Shown: piece after piece, positions 51,131 to 60,303 of the stretch
Layout of the letters: every line of letters starts with the position of its first letter
Position numbering within the stretch: position 1 is the first letter of the stretch
Assembly (NCBI GenBank): GCA_964349125.1
Contig: CAYGFH010000001.1
Span: forward strand, 459,502 to 523,501
Direction of reading: 5' to 3'
DNA: 64,000 nt
From: an uncultured Gammaproteobacteria bacterium
GTDB lineage: Bacteria > Patescibacteriota > Microgenomatia > UBA10105 > UBA927
Program-made: the position numbers and the translations under genes
The notes under the pieces: generated by a model
What the model saw: only the letters and a program-made list of their open reading frames with translations
What the model was told of the DNA's origin: nothing
Databases searched by the model: none

Positions 51131-51176
51131 AATGAGCCTTGTTACTAGCCTATAGATTATGGTATAAACACATTCT

Positions 51177-53726
51177 ATGGATCGTCATAGCAGTGTGAAC
51201 AGCGAAAAGCAGCCTCAAATACCATTTTATATATTCCCTATTATCGTACTTATATGGGTATTTATAGCCATAGGATCCTTAGTCAGACGGACAATAAGCG
51301 CGCTTTTCTACCCTTTCGTACTGGCTTATAGCACTGTAAAAACATTGTTGTATGAGCTGGTAGCCGGCATACGAAGCTGGATTCAGGAAAAAAAACATCT
51401 CCGCGCGAGCAAAAAACAGATAAAACCCCCATCTGTTGAAGCAATTCGCAGACAACAGGTCCAATTAGGGTACAAAAGCTCAAAACTATCGCTTACAGAG
51501 CAATTTAACCTTCTCAGAGAGGCAACCCGAAGCACGTTTATATCACTGAAGCAGAAGATTTCATTGCACCAACAGGCCAAGAGAGAAAGATTGGCACGAA
51601 AGAAAGAGAAAATGAAGCAGGTTTCCATCGCACAAAAAGAGATACCACGCACCGGGCATTTTCAGGCATTCAAGAGTTGGTTTTCAGGATTAGCCGTCCA
51701 CAAGCACCAAAGAAGTGTACCAGATACTGGCAGTATGCAGATTCCAACCAAAGGCACGTCCATTGATATGTGGAAGTCGTTTATCACGGGAATTGCCTGC
51801 ACAATTATTTTTGTATTTGCACCATACGAAGGGTATCACTGGCTTATGGCGCTTCCAAACCCGCAACTGCTTTCCAGGCGCGATCTTCAGGTAACCACGA
51901 AAATTTTTGATAGAAAAGGCGTGCTTCTCTACGAGATCTATCAGGACCAAAATAGAACGCCCCTTCCGCTTGAATCAATACCAAAAACTATTATACATGC
52001 GACTATTGCTATAGAAGATAGAGATTTTTACAGACATCAAGGCATATCACTCAAGGGCATCATACGTGCGTTTAGAGAGACCGTATTTAACAAGCGTGTT
52101 CAGGGAGGATCTACTATCACACAACAATTGATAAAATCAGCGCTCCTGTCCCCTGAAGTAAAAATAACAAGGAAAATTAAAGAGGTATTATTGGCGTTTT
52201 GGGCTGAGAGACTGTATTCGAAGGACGAATTACTGGAAATGTATCTTAATCAGGTTCCATATGGAGGGACTGCATGGGGCATCGAAGCCGCAAGCCAAAC
52301 ATTTTTTGGCAAAAGCGCAACCGAATTAAATCTAGCAGAGGCGAGCTTACTCGCAGGTCTTCCCGCAGCACCTACAGAGTACTCCCCGTTTGGCTCGCAT
52401 CCCGAAAAAGCATTTGACAGGCAAAAAGAAGTGCTTCGTCGGATGCAGGAGGACAGATATATCACTAAGGAACAGGCAGATGAAGCACGTGAAACACAAA
52501 TAGTGTTTGCTACACCAAATACGGCTATTCGGGCACCCCACTTTGTTATGTATGTAAAAGAACTGCTTGAAAAGCGGTATGGACAGAGACTGGTAGACCA
52601 GGGAGGATTGCAGATAAAAACATCACTAGATATATCCCTTCAGGAGAAAACTGAAGAACTTGTTTCAAAACATATTGATGCACTTGCATCACTCAATGTA
52701 GGTAATGGCGCCGCACTGGTTACTAATCCAAAAACAGGAGAAATTCTCGCAATGGTAGGAAGCAAAAATTACTTTGATTTAGAATCAGACGGAAACGTAA
52801 ATGTGACAACGTCACTGCGGCAACCGGGATCATCCATAAAAGTTGTTAACTACGCAGCCGCGCTCGAGAACGGCTACACTGCTTCAACAATTATCGATGA
52901 TTCTCCGATCACGTTTCCAAATGTGGGAAGCACTCCGTACGCTCCAGTCAATTATGACGGCAGATATCACGGAGCGGTTCCGTTTCGCTATGCGCTAGCA
53001 AATTCGTACAATATTCCTGCTGTTAAAATACTCGCCAAAATTGGCGTACCGACTATGATTGCAGCCGGAAAAAATATGGGAATTTCAACATGGAACGATG
53101 AAAATAGATTTGGGCTGTCACTCACACTCGGCGGAGGTGAGGTCACTATGCTTGATATGACAAAAGTCTATGGCACGCTGGCAAATGAGGGTAGAAAGAC
53201 AGAATTGCACCCGATTCTTGAGGTCACAGACTACGCGGGTCGCGTGTACGAAAGAAATACTTCTCCTCGAAGTGTCCAGGCACTGAAGCCTGAAACCGCT
53301 TGGATTATTTCAAACATCTTAAGTGATAATACGGCAAGAATTCCTGCATTTGGTCCAAATTCAAGTCTCGTTATACCGAACAAAACAGTATCAGTAAAAA
53401 CGGGAACCACGGACAATAAGCGTGACAATTGGACTATCGGGTACACGCCATCATATGTTGTCTCCGTATGGGTGGGAAATAATGATAACACGCCAATGAA
53501 TCCGTATCTCACTTCAGGGATTACGGGAGCAGCTCCGATTTGGCATGATATAATGGTCGAATTGCTGAAAAATTCGCCGGATGAAGTGGCAAAAAAACCT
53601 GATACTGTTGTTTCAATCCCCTGTTATTTCGGGCGAACAGAATTTTTTATCCAAGGAACACAACCGCAAAGTGGCAGGTGCGCGCCGATGCCGACCCCTA
53701 GCGTATCTACAACACCAACACCCTAG
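51177..53726 (+). CDS. class A penicillin-binding protein paralog with ~230-aa two-TM lysine-rich N-terminal extension
   Basis: GT51 'ATIAIEDRDFYRHQGIS', 'GGSTITQQLIKS', TPase 'GSSIKV', 'LANSYN', 'KTGTTDN'; N-terminus has TM1 (~res 18-38), K/R/Q-rich segment, TM2 (~res 200-220). Confidence 0.9.
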   Translation: MDRHSSVNSEKQPQIPFYIFPIIVLIWVFIAIGSLVRRTISALFYPFVLAYSTVKTLLYELVAGIRSWIQEKKHLRASKKQIKPPSVEAIRRQQVQLGYKSSKLSLTEQFNLLREATRSTFISLKQKISLHQQAKRERLARKKEKMKQVSIAQKEIPRTGHFQAFKSWFSGLAVHKHQRSVPDTGSMQIPTKGTSIDMWKSFITGIACTIIFVFAPYEGYHWLMALPNPQLLSRRDLQVTTKIFDRKGVLLYEIYQDQNRTPLPLESIPKTIIHATIAIEDRDFYRHQGISLKGIIRAFRETVFNKRVQGGSTITQQLIKSALLSPEVKITRKIKEVLLAFWAERLYSKDELLEMYLNQVPYGGTAWGIEAASQTFFGKSATELNLAEASLLAGLPAAPTEYSPFGSHPEKAFDRQKEVLRRMQEDRYITKEQADEARETQIVFATPNTAIRAPHFVMYVKELLEKRYGQRLVDQGGLQIKTSLDISLQEKTEELVSKHIDALASLNVGNGAALVTNPKTGEILAMVGSKNYFDLESDGNVNVTTSLRQPGSSIKVVNYAAALENGYTASTIIDDSPITFPNVGSTPYAPVNYDGRYHGAVPFRYALANSYNIPAVKILAKIGVPTMIAAGKNMGISTWNDENRFGLSLTLGGGEVTMLDMTKVYGTLANEGRKTELHPILEVTDYAGRVYERNTSPRSVQALKPETAWIISNILSDNTARIPAFGPNSSLVIPNKTVSVKTGTTDNKRDNWTIGYTPSYVVSVWVGNNDNTPMNPYLTSGITGAAPIWHDIMVELLKNSPDEVAKKPDTVVSIPCYFGRTEFFIQGTQPQSGRCAPMPTPSVSTTPTP

Positions 53727-53735
53727 AACAAATCC

Positions 53736-54227
53736 TCAACGGACAACCGTAACACTCCCGCTGTCTTTAGGAGACATATCATTCTGATACTTCCACGTAC
53801 CCTCAGATTCAAATGTGTACTCATATACACCGCCCTTGGATACCGCTTTTATTTGGACAAAGCTCGGTAACACCTGATGAGTAGGATATGATGCGGATGC
53901 CACGAGCATTTGGGACCCTGATTCGTTTACGAACACTACAGTCGTGCCCTTTTTAACTGTTATAGGAGAGGGCGAAAATCCCGTATCTGTATACGTCACT
54001 ACGGAGCGTTCACTAACTCCGCCTTTTTCCTGAGACGGCTGTCCCATACTTCCGTACTCACCCTCTGAGACCGTATTTTTGGGTACACGAGGTGTCACTG
54101 AAACAGTAGGCACACTATCTCTCTTTGGTAGGATATCACTCAGAGAATTCCTGCTACCAAGAACGTACCACCCGAGCAATATACCCACTGCCAATACTAT
54201 CATACCAACAAATAGTTTAGTATTCAT
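53736..54227 (-). CDS. secreted/membrane-anchored hypothetical protein (possible cupredoxin-like beta-sandwich, no Cu ligands)
   Basis: 163 aa, N-terminal anchor 'LFVGMIVLAVGILLGWYVL', C-terminal 'ITVKKGTTVVFVNES' beta-strand pattern; lacks Cys/His/Met Cu site. Confidence 0.45.
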   Translation of the reverse strand: MNTKLFVGMIVLAVGILLGWYVLGSRNSLSDILPKRDSVPTVSVTPRVPKNTVSEGEYGSMGQPSQEKGGVSERSVVTYTDTGFSPSPITVKKGTTVVFVNESGSQMLVASASYPTHQVLPSFVQIKAVSKGGVYEYTFESEGTWKYQNDMSPKDSGSVTVVR

Positions 54228-54293
54228 GCTACCTCCTATATCCTGTAATACTGCCTCATACTAACAAATCCTGTCACACAAGGCAAATAATCC

Positions 54294-54324
54294 ACAAAAA
54301 AACCCCGCGGTATGCGGGGTTTTT
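54294..54324. terminator. bidirectional rho-independent terminator
   Basis: A-run (54294-54302), perfect 6-bp stem 'ccccgc/gcgggg' with 5-nt loop (54303-54319), T-run (54320-54324); sits just downstream of the minus-strand RRM gene. Confidence 0.6.
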
Positions 54325-54340
54325 ATGTATTCATATCGAG

Positions 54341-54607
54341 TTACTGTTGTGGTCTGTCCTCACGAGGCCGTGATTCATTTACCACCAATGGTCTCCCATC
54401 GACATCTTTACCGTTGAACAGTTCAATTGCTTTTTTTGTCTCTTCTTCTGATGACATCTCTACAAATCCAAATCCGCGTGATCTCCCGGAATATTTATCC
54501 GATATGATTTTCGCTGAAATAACTGTTCCTGCGGCCGCGAATAATTCTCCGAGCTTCGCACTATCGTATGAGTATGGGAGATTTCCTACAAATAAATTCG
54601 TCGCCAT
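54341..54607 (-). CDS. RRM-type RNA-binding protein
   Basis: 88 aa; RNP2 'LFVGNL' and RNP1 'RGFGFVEM' motifs of the RNA recognition motif. Confidence 0.85.
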   Translation of the reverse strand: MATNLFVGNLPYSYDSAKLGELFAAAGTVISAKIISDKYSGRSRGFGFVEMSSEEETKKAIELFNGKDVDGRPLVVNESRPREDRPQQ

Positions 54608-54750
54608 ATATTTTTCCTTTCTGCCTGAGAGATAAAGATATCCTTTTCTTCAAGTTAAAAATGAGTATATCATACGAGCTATTTTGGAGCAAAAGGACAA
54701 TATAAACATACCCACTGCACATTATAGAAAGACTGTTGTATGATTAGCAG

Positions 54751-55527
54751 ATGACGTGGCTACATGTGATTATCCTCGCAATTATAGAAGGCGTAACTGA
54801 ATTTCTTCCGATATCAAGCACCGGCCATCTCGTGTTGGCAGGCAGTATGCTGAAAATCCAGGATACCGAATTTATAAAAAGTTTTGAGATTATCATACAG
54901 CTCGGAGCGATAGCTGCAGTTTTTGCCCTGTATATCAAAAAAGTGCTGGCTGATGTCTCTATACTCAAAAAGATACTTATTGGATTCGTACCCACCGCGA
55001 TTGTTGGATTCACGCTCTACCGTATCATTAAGCAATTCCTTCTCTCTAACCCATATATAGTTATATATTCACTATTCTTCGGCGGTATTTGTATTATCAT
55101 TTTGGAACTTCTTCACAAAAGGAGTGACCAAATAGATGAACCTCAAGCATCCATTACTTCACGTCAATCTTTTTTGGTTGGTATATTTCAGGCAATCTCC
55201 ATTATCCCCGGAGTATCCAGATCGGCGGCCTCAATTATAGGTGGTCAACTCACGGGGCTTTCCCGAAAACAGGCGGTTGAATTCTCATTTCTCTTGGCTG
55301 TACCTACCATGGCAGCAGCTACAGGTTTGGATCTAATCAAAAGCGATATATCTTATTTCACCGCCACGCAATGGCAATATCTTTTTGTAGGGACATTCGT
55401 TTCATTTATTACTGCACTCGCCGTTGTTCGCGGCTTCGTTCGGTTCGTAGAGAAACATTCATTCATTGCATTTGGCGTCTATCGTATTTGTCTTGCTGTC
55501 TTCATGTTTATAGTCAGACCATTTTGA
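54751..55527 (+). CDS. uppP: undecaprenyl-diphosphate phosphatase (BacA/UppP)
   Basis: 'AIIEGVTEFLPISSTGHLVL' and 'PGVSRSAASIIGG' UppP signature motifs, 8 TM helices. Confidence 0.92.
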   Translation: MTWLHVIILAIIEGVTEFLPISSTGHLVLAGSMLKIQDTEFIKSFEIIIQLGAIAAVFALYIKKVLADVSILKKILIGFVPTAIVGFTLYRIIKQFLLSNPYIVIYSLFFGGICIIILELLHKRSDQIDEPQASITSRQSFLVGIFQAISIIPGVSRSAASIIGGQLTGLSRKQAVEFSFLLAVPTMAAATGLDLIKSDISYFTATQWQYLFVGTFVSFITALAVVRGFVRFVEKHSFIAFGVYRICLAVFMFIVRPF

Positions 55528-55622
55528 AGCCAGAGTGAGAAACACGCACGCATCTACCCTTCAGACCTGTGTAAAACACGTAGTTACATATATAGGCAGG
55601 TATAAGCATGGCTCCCTCAACC

Positions 55623-55650
55623 AAAAAGCGCCCCTCAGGGCGCTTTTTTG
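55623..55650. terminator. bidirectional rho-independent terminator between convergent uppP and pilin genes
   Basis: A-run, 7-bp stem 'agcgccc/gggcgct' (55627-55644) with loop 'ctca', followed by T6 (55645-55650). Confidence 0.6.
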
Positions 55651-55671
55651 GATAACAGTATGTGAATACTA

Positions 55672-56130
55672 TTATCTTGTTACTGAAATTGTTGCTCCTA
55701 GCTCTGCTGCCGGCGCTGATACCGTGATACGGTTGTCTGCTGCGCTTCTCACTACTGTGTATGCAGTATCATATGCCGCTGTACAATCCGTAACAGGTGC
55801 TCCGTTATTTGTTAATGGATCGACAGGTAATGCAGCCAGATATTGCGTCATAAGGGAAGAACAGATATCCGCCCCTGTGTTTGCGACATTCTGCGAGGCC
55901 GTTGTAATGCCTGTTGGCAATGTGCCCCGATTATCAGCGGCGAACTGTCCGATGGCATTCAAAATCGCGTTTACGTCACTGGCGCGTTTTGTATTATTTG
56001 CCTGCGAGAACTGACGAGCAGGATTTATGGCGATTAATGTGATTGCCAAAAGTACCGCCAAGATACCGATGACAACGAGCAACTCGATGAGCGTAAAACC
56101 TTTACGCCCCATAGGCAGTGTGTTTTTCAT
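55672..56130 (-). CDS. type IV pilin (probable major pilin, PilA-like)
   Basis: Class III signal 'MKNTLPMGRKG/FTLIELLVVIGILAVLLAI' (prepilin cleavage/N-methylation motif with Glu+5); 152 aa; two C-terminal Cys (disulfide loop). Confidence 0.85.
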   Translation of the reverse strand: MKNTLPMGRKGFTLIELLVVIGILAVLLAITLIAINPARQFSQANNTKRASDVNAILNAIGQFAADNRGTLPTGITTASQNVANTGADICSSLMTQYLAALPVDPLTNNGAPVTDCTAAYDTAYTVVRSAADNRITVSAPAAELGATISVTR

Positions 56131-56181
56131 ATACTTTTACCGTATCTTACTTTCTATTTCCTTGTCAATAGTGACAATAGA

Positions 56182-56868
56182 TCAGCGATACTGCAGATAC
56201 ACCACGACACTTAGAGCCAGAAGAAGAAAACCGAACACAGATAGCAATAATGGCAGACTGGATTTTTTTGTCGAGGGTGAGTTAACATCTCCGGTAGAGA
56301 TATTCGTACTGGGTGCACTGTATTCGAATGAATCGAGTATATTAAATTTCGACAACTGATCAAGATGTTCCGTAATATATGTGGCGAGAGGAACATTTAA
56401 CGCATGTTCTTTTTCATACTGCCCCAACGCAAAAGCAGGAATGATTGATTTAACAGGTAACCCCTGAAGCAGAAACCCTTGGTGCATCCCATCAAAGAAC
56501 GCTTTATTAAACGCAATGGCTCGTTTACCATTTTTTATCGGGTACACTTTTGACCAAATCAACTCATATGGCACCATATCGAAGAATTTCAGGATTTGTG
56601 TTTCCATTTGTGGAAATTCCGATGCCAAGAATATTTTCTCAAAATATACTGATTCAGAGAAGATAAAGACGATCTGTGATCCTACTAACCCATATTGCTT
56701 TACCCATTGCTTAATCAAGGAATAGAGACCATCCTTCGATAAAATTTCAAAGTCCGAAACAATTGTGTTCGGTATTTGCACCGTAATAATTCCTGGCGCT
56801 CCTCCACCATACATATAGATCGCAAATCGATCAACAAATATTAACAATAATGATTTTTGATTAAACAT
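56182..56868 (-). CDS. hypothetical protein with C-terminal TM anchor, pilus-locus associated
   Basis: 228 aa; C-terminal 'LPLLLSVFGFLLLALSVVVYL'; located between pilin genes in the same orientation. Confidence 0.4.
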   Translation of the reverse strand: MFNQKSLLLIFVDRFAIYMYGGGAPGIITVQIPNTIVSDFEILSKDGLYSLIKQWVKQYGLVGSQIVFIFSESVYFEKIFLASEFPQMETQILKFFDMVPYELIWSKVYPIKNGKRAIAFNKAFFDGMHQGFLLQGLPVKSIIPAFALGQYEKEHALNVPLATYITEHLDQLSKFNILDSFEYSAPSTNISTGDVNSPSTKKSSLPLLLSVFGFLLLALSVVVYLQYR

Positions 56869-56902
56869 ACGTCAGATAAGTATACGATACTAGTATAAGT
56901 TA

Positions 56903-57295
56903 TTATATTTCCTGCCAGGAAATTAAGTTCAATACCCCATTTGTAAATGTAGCAGTGACGCGCAACGCCTTTTGATACGAACCTCGTGTTCCGGTGGAAA
57001 TAATGGTTTTGGTTGACCCACCCGTGACAGAAATCATTACGGAATCATCCCCAATTGACATCGTCTCTCCACTATACGTCGTATCTCTCAGAAGTCGCAA
57101 CAATGCATTTTCCACACCATTTTCCGCCAATTCCAGAGCGTGATTTCCTTCCTCTTCCTGCATAGTGTTAAAAGAGCTCGACACAGTAAGGGCAACCGCT
57201 GTGGTTACAAGAGTCACAGCTATAACCATATAGAATAACAAGATGATAAGAGCCTGACCAGACTCTCTACTAATATGATTTAGATCAAATTTCAT
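56903..57295 (-). CDS. PilX-like minor pilin / pseudopilin (atypical N-terminus)
   Basis: 130 aa; N-terminal hydrophobic 'SGQALIILLFYMVIAVTLVTTAVAL' like PilX-type pseudopilins, lacking the canonical Glu+5. Confidence 0.45.
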   Translation of the reverse strand: MKFDLNHISRESGQALIILLFYMVIAVTLVTTAVALTVSSSFNTMQEEEGNHALELAENGVENALLRLLRDTTYSGETMSIGDDSVMISVTGGSTKTIISTGTRGSYQKALRVTATFTNGVLNLISWQEI

Positions 57296-57298
57296 ATG

Positions 57299-57793
57299 CT
57301 ATCTCAACGCAAAAGTTGTACTGAATGAGCGATTTTCTACTCCTTGTCTTCGCGTAATCAAGCTGGTGAGCGTGAAATCAATTTTAATACTCTGTTTACC
57401 TCCGCTAGTACCCAAGCGTTGAAATGTCATATTGGATACCGATGTATCTACATTATTTAAACGTATCGTCCCCAGAGCATTGGTTACCTCAAAATTACCA
57501 TTATTTGCTGCATATGTATGAGAATTTCCGTTAATTGTCAATTGTAATACTCCCGAAGAGCTTGCAAGAGTGTCTGGAATAGTAATGCCAGAGGCTCGCC
57601 CCATATCATAGGATAATCTCGAAAAAACATATCGCCCGTCCTGCGCCAGTGAAGAGTGTGATTCAGATGATAATTGAGTCTCGATAAGTGATGAGAACAA
57701 CGCAGTAAGTACCGCTAAAAATGACATAAGTATTGCCCCATATATCATCATTTCAACGAGTGTAAAACCAGATTGAGCATGCGTATGTTTCAT
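57299..57793 (-). CDS. type IV minor pilin (PilW/PilV-like)
   Basis: Prepilin motif 'AQSG/FTLVEMMIYGAIL'; 164 aa. Confidence 0.8.
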   Translation of the reverse strand: MKHTHAQSGFTLVEMMIYGAILMSFLAVLTALFSSLIETQLSSESHSSLAQDGRYVFSRLSYDMGRASGITIPDTLASSSGVLQLTINGNSHTYAANNGNFEVTNALGTIRLNNVDTSVSNMTFQRLGTSGGKQSIKIDFTLTSLITRRQGVENRSFSTTFALR

Positions 57794-57796
57794 AGT

Positions 57797-59737
57797 TTAA
57801 GGCGAGTAGTTTATGACAATATCCTCAAAAATCGGTGATTGCAGCCGATCCAGCGTATCAAAATACACTTTATATCTAAGACACTGGGCGGGATTTTTAT
57901 ATGGACCCGAGGAACTCAGCGGCAACGCGCTAGACGTTGCAAAAAACGTTGTATCTGTTTTATCCGGTCCGATAAAAGTATAAGCTGCATTACTGCAGCT
58001 ACCTGACACCGCATCGGTTATTGCAAACTGGTATCTGATGTTAGTCTGATTCGGAATAGTTGATTGGACATCAAACCGATTAAATGTAGCTGATTTTGTA
58101 GCATCAAATATGGAAGAGGTAAATGTCCCTGACACCGCATACTGACCCCCGGGACCGCCCTCTATAATCTTCAGCTCACTGCTTGAATCGCCAGTAATGA
58201 TATATGAATAGGCATCTCCGTCAGATTCAAGAATCGATGACACTCCGTTCACTCCACTATCAATGTTTAGCCCACCACAATATGATGGATTTGCCTCATT
58301 GACGATATTGATCGCCTGATACTCTTCTCCGCCTATACCCACGATAATTGCTTTATTTCCCGGAACAATAGTTATACCCTTTGGGTTCATGCCGCTGGTA
58401 TCGTAACTTCCGATCGGAGTATGGTTTCCTGATTTAGTGCTTATATCGAGAATGAACAATTCTCGTTGTGTGAACGAGGTTTTTGTTGCAAGATACGCTC
58501 GGGTTGCGGTCGGGTTCACAAATACATCAATTCCCTCCTGGGCAGTAAGCTGGGCTTGTCCGACGACTACAAGGTTTGAGGTATTGCTTACATCAAGAAT
58601 TTGCAATTGAGTTGATGTTGAATTTACTGCCACATACGCAAACGTCCCGACAACCATTATCTTATTTCCTATACCAGCAAGCGTCACACCATCCGCATCC
58701 AGCGCGTTTCTCGAACCTGACTTACTGGATAGATCAAATGTATATAACGTATTGCCAGCGGTCATGTACCCGGTGTTCCCAGAAACATACACACTGTTTC
58801 CATTCCCATTTCCCGGCGCATTAAAGTATCCGGACTCGCTATATTTTCCTGTGGAGGGATTGTATGAGGTTAAATCTATGATTTCTATCTCTTTTGTGTT
58901 CGTATCCGTCGCCAGGTATGCGTAATTCGATTCACCGAACACACCATTTGTTTTATATCCGTCAAACTCACCCGCAATGCTCGCGACAGGAGGACGATCA
59001 TTACTGATCATAACATTTGCAAACGAGACCCCTGATGCGTTGTCACCGGTCCCGGCAAACACTCTCCCCTCAATAGATGTCACAGCATTTGCTACACCAC
59101 TTTTAGGCAAATCGTGAGCAGCGATAGATAAGTTAGGAGAACACCAATCCCCGCCGCCCCCGGCACCAAGCGTTACTTCCCCACCGTTTGTATTTGTGAT
59201 TGTCGAATTCACAAGTGCTCCTGAAGAAAAATCAGATTGAGATGATTGCGTATACACCTGATTAGTAAATCTTGATATATACAGTTGCGATGTGACAGAG
59301 TAAGGAAACAATGCTGACCAAGCGACTGTAATGGTAATCGCTTTGGTAGATGGATCTATTGTTCCTCCCTGTGAGACAAGCGATCCCGATTCATCTCGAT
59401 ACGCATCTGCAATTTCAATCGATCTTGTTTGAGAGTTGATCGTTTCTGCACCTGGAACCAAAATCCAATCTGATCCTGATACTACAGGATGATATGTCCC
59501 GTTTGCGGAAATATATTCCCATCCTCGCTCACGGATTATGCGCAAAGCCTCACGAGCCTCTCTGACAAGCATGGTTGCCTGAGATCGTTCGATTTGTTGA
59601 ACTTTTCCTTGACTGGCACTCACAAATCCGGTAATAAGCGCCGGCAATAACACTGTCGTCAATGCCAGCGCAAGCAACAGCTCCACGAGTGCGGCGCCAC
59701 GTTGCACATGTACTCTATGATTCTTGCGTTTCTCCAT
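57797..59737 (-). CDS. giant minor pilin / pilus-tip adhesin candidate (646 aa) with prepilin-type N-terminus
   Basis: 'QRGAALVELLLALALTTVLLPAL' pilin-like N-terminal helix followed by ~600-aa Gly/Thr/Ser/Asn-rich beta-rich domain. Confidence 0.7.
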   Translation of the reverse strand: MEKRKNHRVHVQRGAALVELLLALALTTVLLPALITGFVSASQGKVQQIERSQATMLVREAREALRIIRERGWEYISANGTYHPVVSGSDWILVPGAETINSQTRSIEIADAYRDESGSLVSQGGTIDPSTKAITITVAWSALFPYSVTSQLYISRFTNQVYTQSSQSDFSSGALVNSTITNTNGGEVTLGAGGGGDWCSPNLSIAAHDLPKSGVANAVTSIEGRVFAGTGDNASGVSFANVMISNDRPPVASIAGEFDGYKTNGVFGESNYAYLATDTNTKEIEIIDLTSYNPSTGKYSESGYFNAPGNGNGNSVYVSGNTGYMTAGNTLYTFDLSSKSGSRNALDADGVTLAGIGNKIMVVGTFAYVAVNSTSTQLQILDVSNTSNLVVVGQAQLTAQEGIDVFVNPTATRAYLATKTSFTQRELFILDISTKSGNHTPIGSYDTSGMNPKGITIVPGNKAIIVGIGGEEYQAINIVNEANPSYCGGLNIDSGVNGVSSILESDGDAYSYIITGDSSSELKIIEGGPGGQYAVSGTFTSSIFDATKSATFNRFDVQSTIPNQTNIRYQFAITDAVSGSCSNAAYTFIGPDKTDTTFFATSSALPLSSSGPYKNPAQCLRYKVYFDTLDRLQSPIFEDIVINYSP

Positions 59738-59738
59738 A

Positions 59739-60302
59739 CTATTGAACTTCGGTTATAACACCATATGCATTTATATATATAGTCTTCGTCACACTACTGT
59801 TGGATTCACTGAGTGACACGGTATTTGCACCCTGAGTATATCCTGCTATCTCGCCGCTTCCGGACAAAAAAACAATTGACTGACCGGGGAATCCGATAAA
59901 ATTCGCATACACAGGAGTTTTAAATTGAATAACGGTATTTGTCGGATCGCTTTGGGTATATGATATCCCAGAAAACAAAGTGTATTGATTTGATGCAATA
60001 TGTACTCCATATCCAGGAGAAACAATACCATTATTTGTCTTACCCATCATTGCTTTTGATTGCTGGCTTCTCAAATCAGCTATAAAAATGTCAACAGCTT
60101 CCGTTAAATTCGCTGACCGCTGTGAACCAAGTACGCTCATGGTAGCAAGACTTAAAAGTGTAAGCATAATACTGATAACTACTAATGTTTCCACAAACGT
60201 AAATCCCAGTCTCCGAATACTGCTTTTTCTATATGAAGAACAATTGATATATCCGTATATTTCTTTTACATCCGCATTACCAGCATGTGTGAGTGAAGAC
60301 AT
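59739..60302 (-). CDS. type IV minor pilin (FimT/GspH-like)
   Basis: 'RRLG/FTFVETLVVISIMLTLLSL' prepilin motif; the track ORF has an unusually long 33-aa leader, so the true start may be an internal non-ATG codon. Confidence 0.7.
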   Translation of the reverse strand: MSSLTHAGNADVKEIYGYINCSSYRKSSIRRLGFTFVETLVVISIMLTLLSLATMSVLGSQRSANLTEAVDIFIADLRSQQSKAMMGKTNNGIVSPGYGVHIASNQYTLFSGISYTQSDPTNTVIQFKTPVYANFIGFPGQSIVFLSGSGEIAGYTQGANTVSLSESNSSVTKTIYINAYGVITEVQ

Positions 60303-60303
60303 A

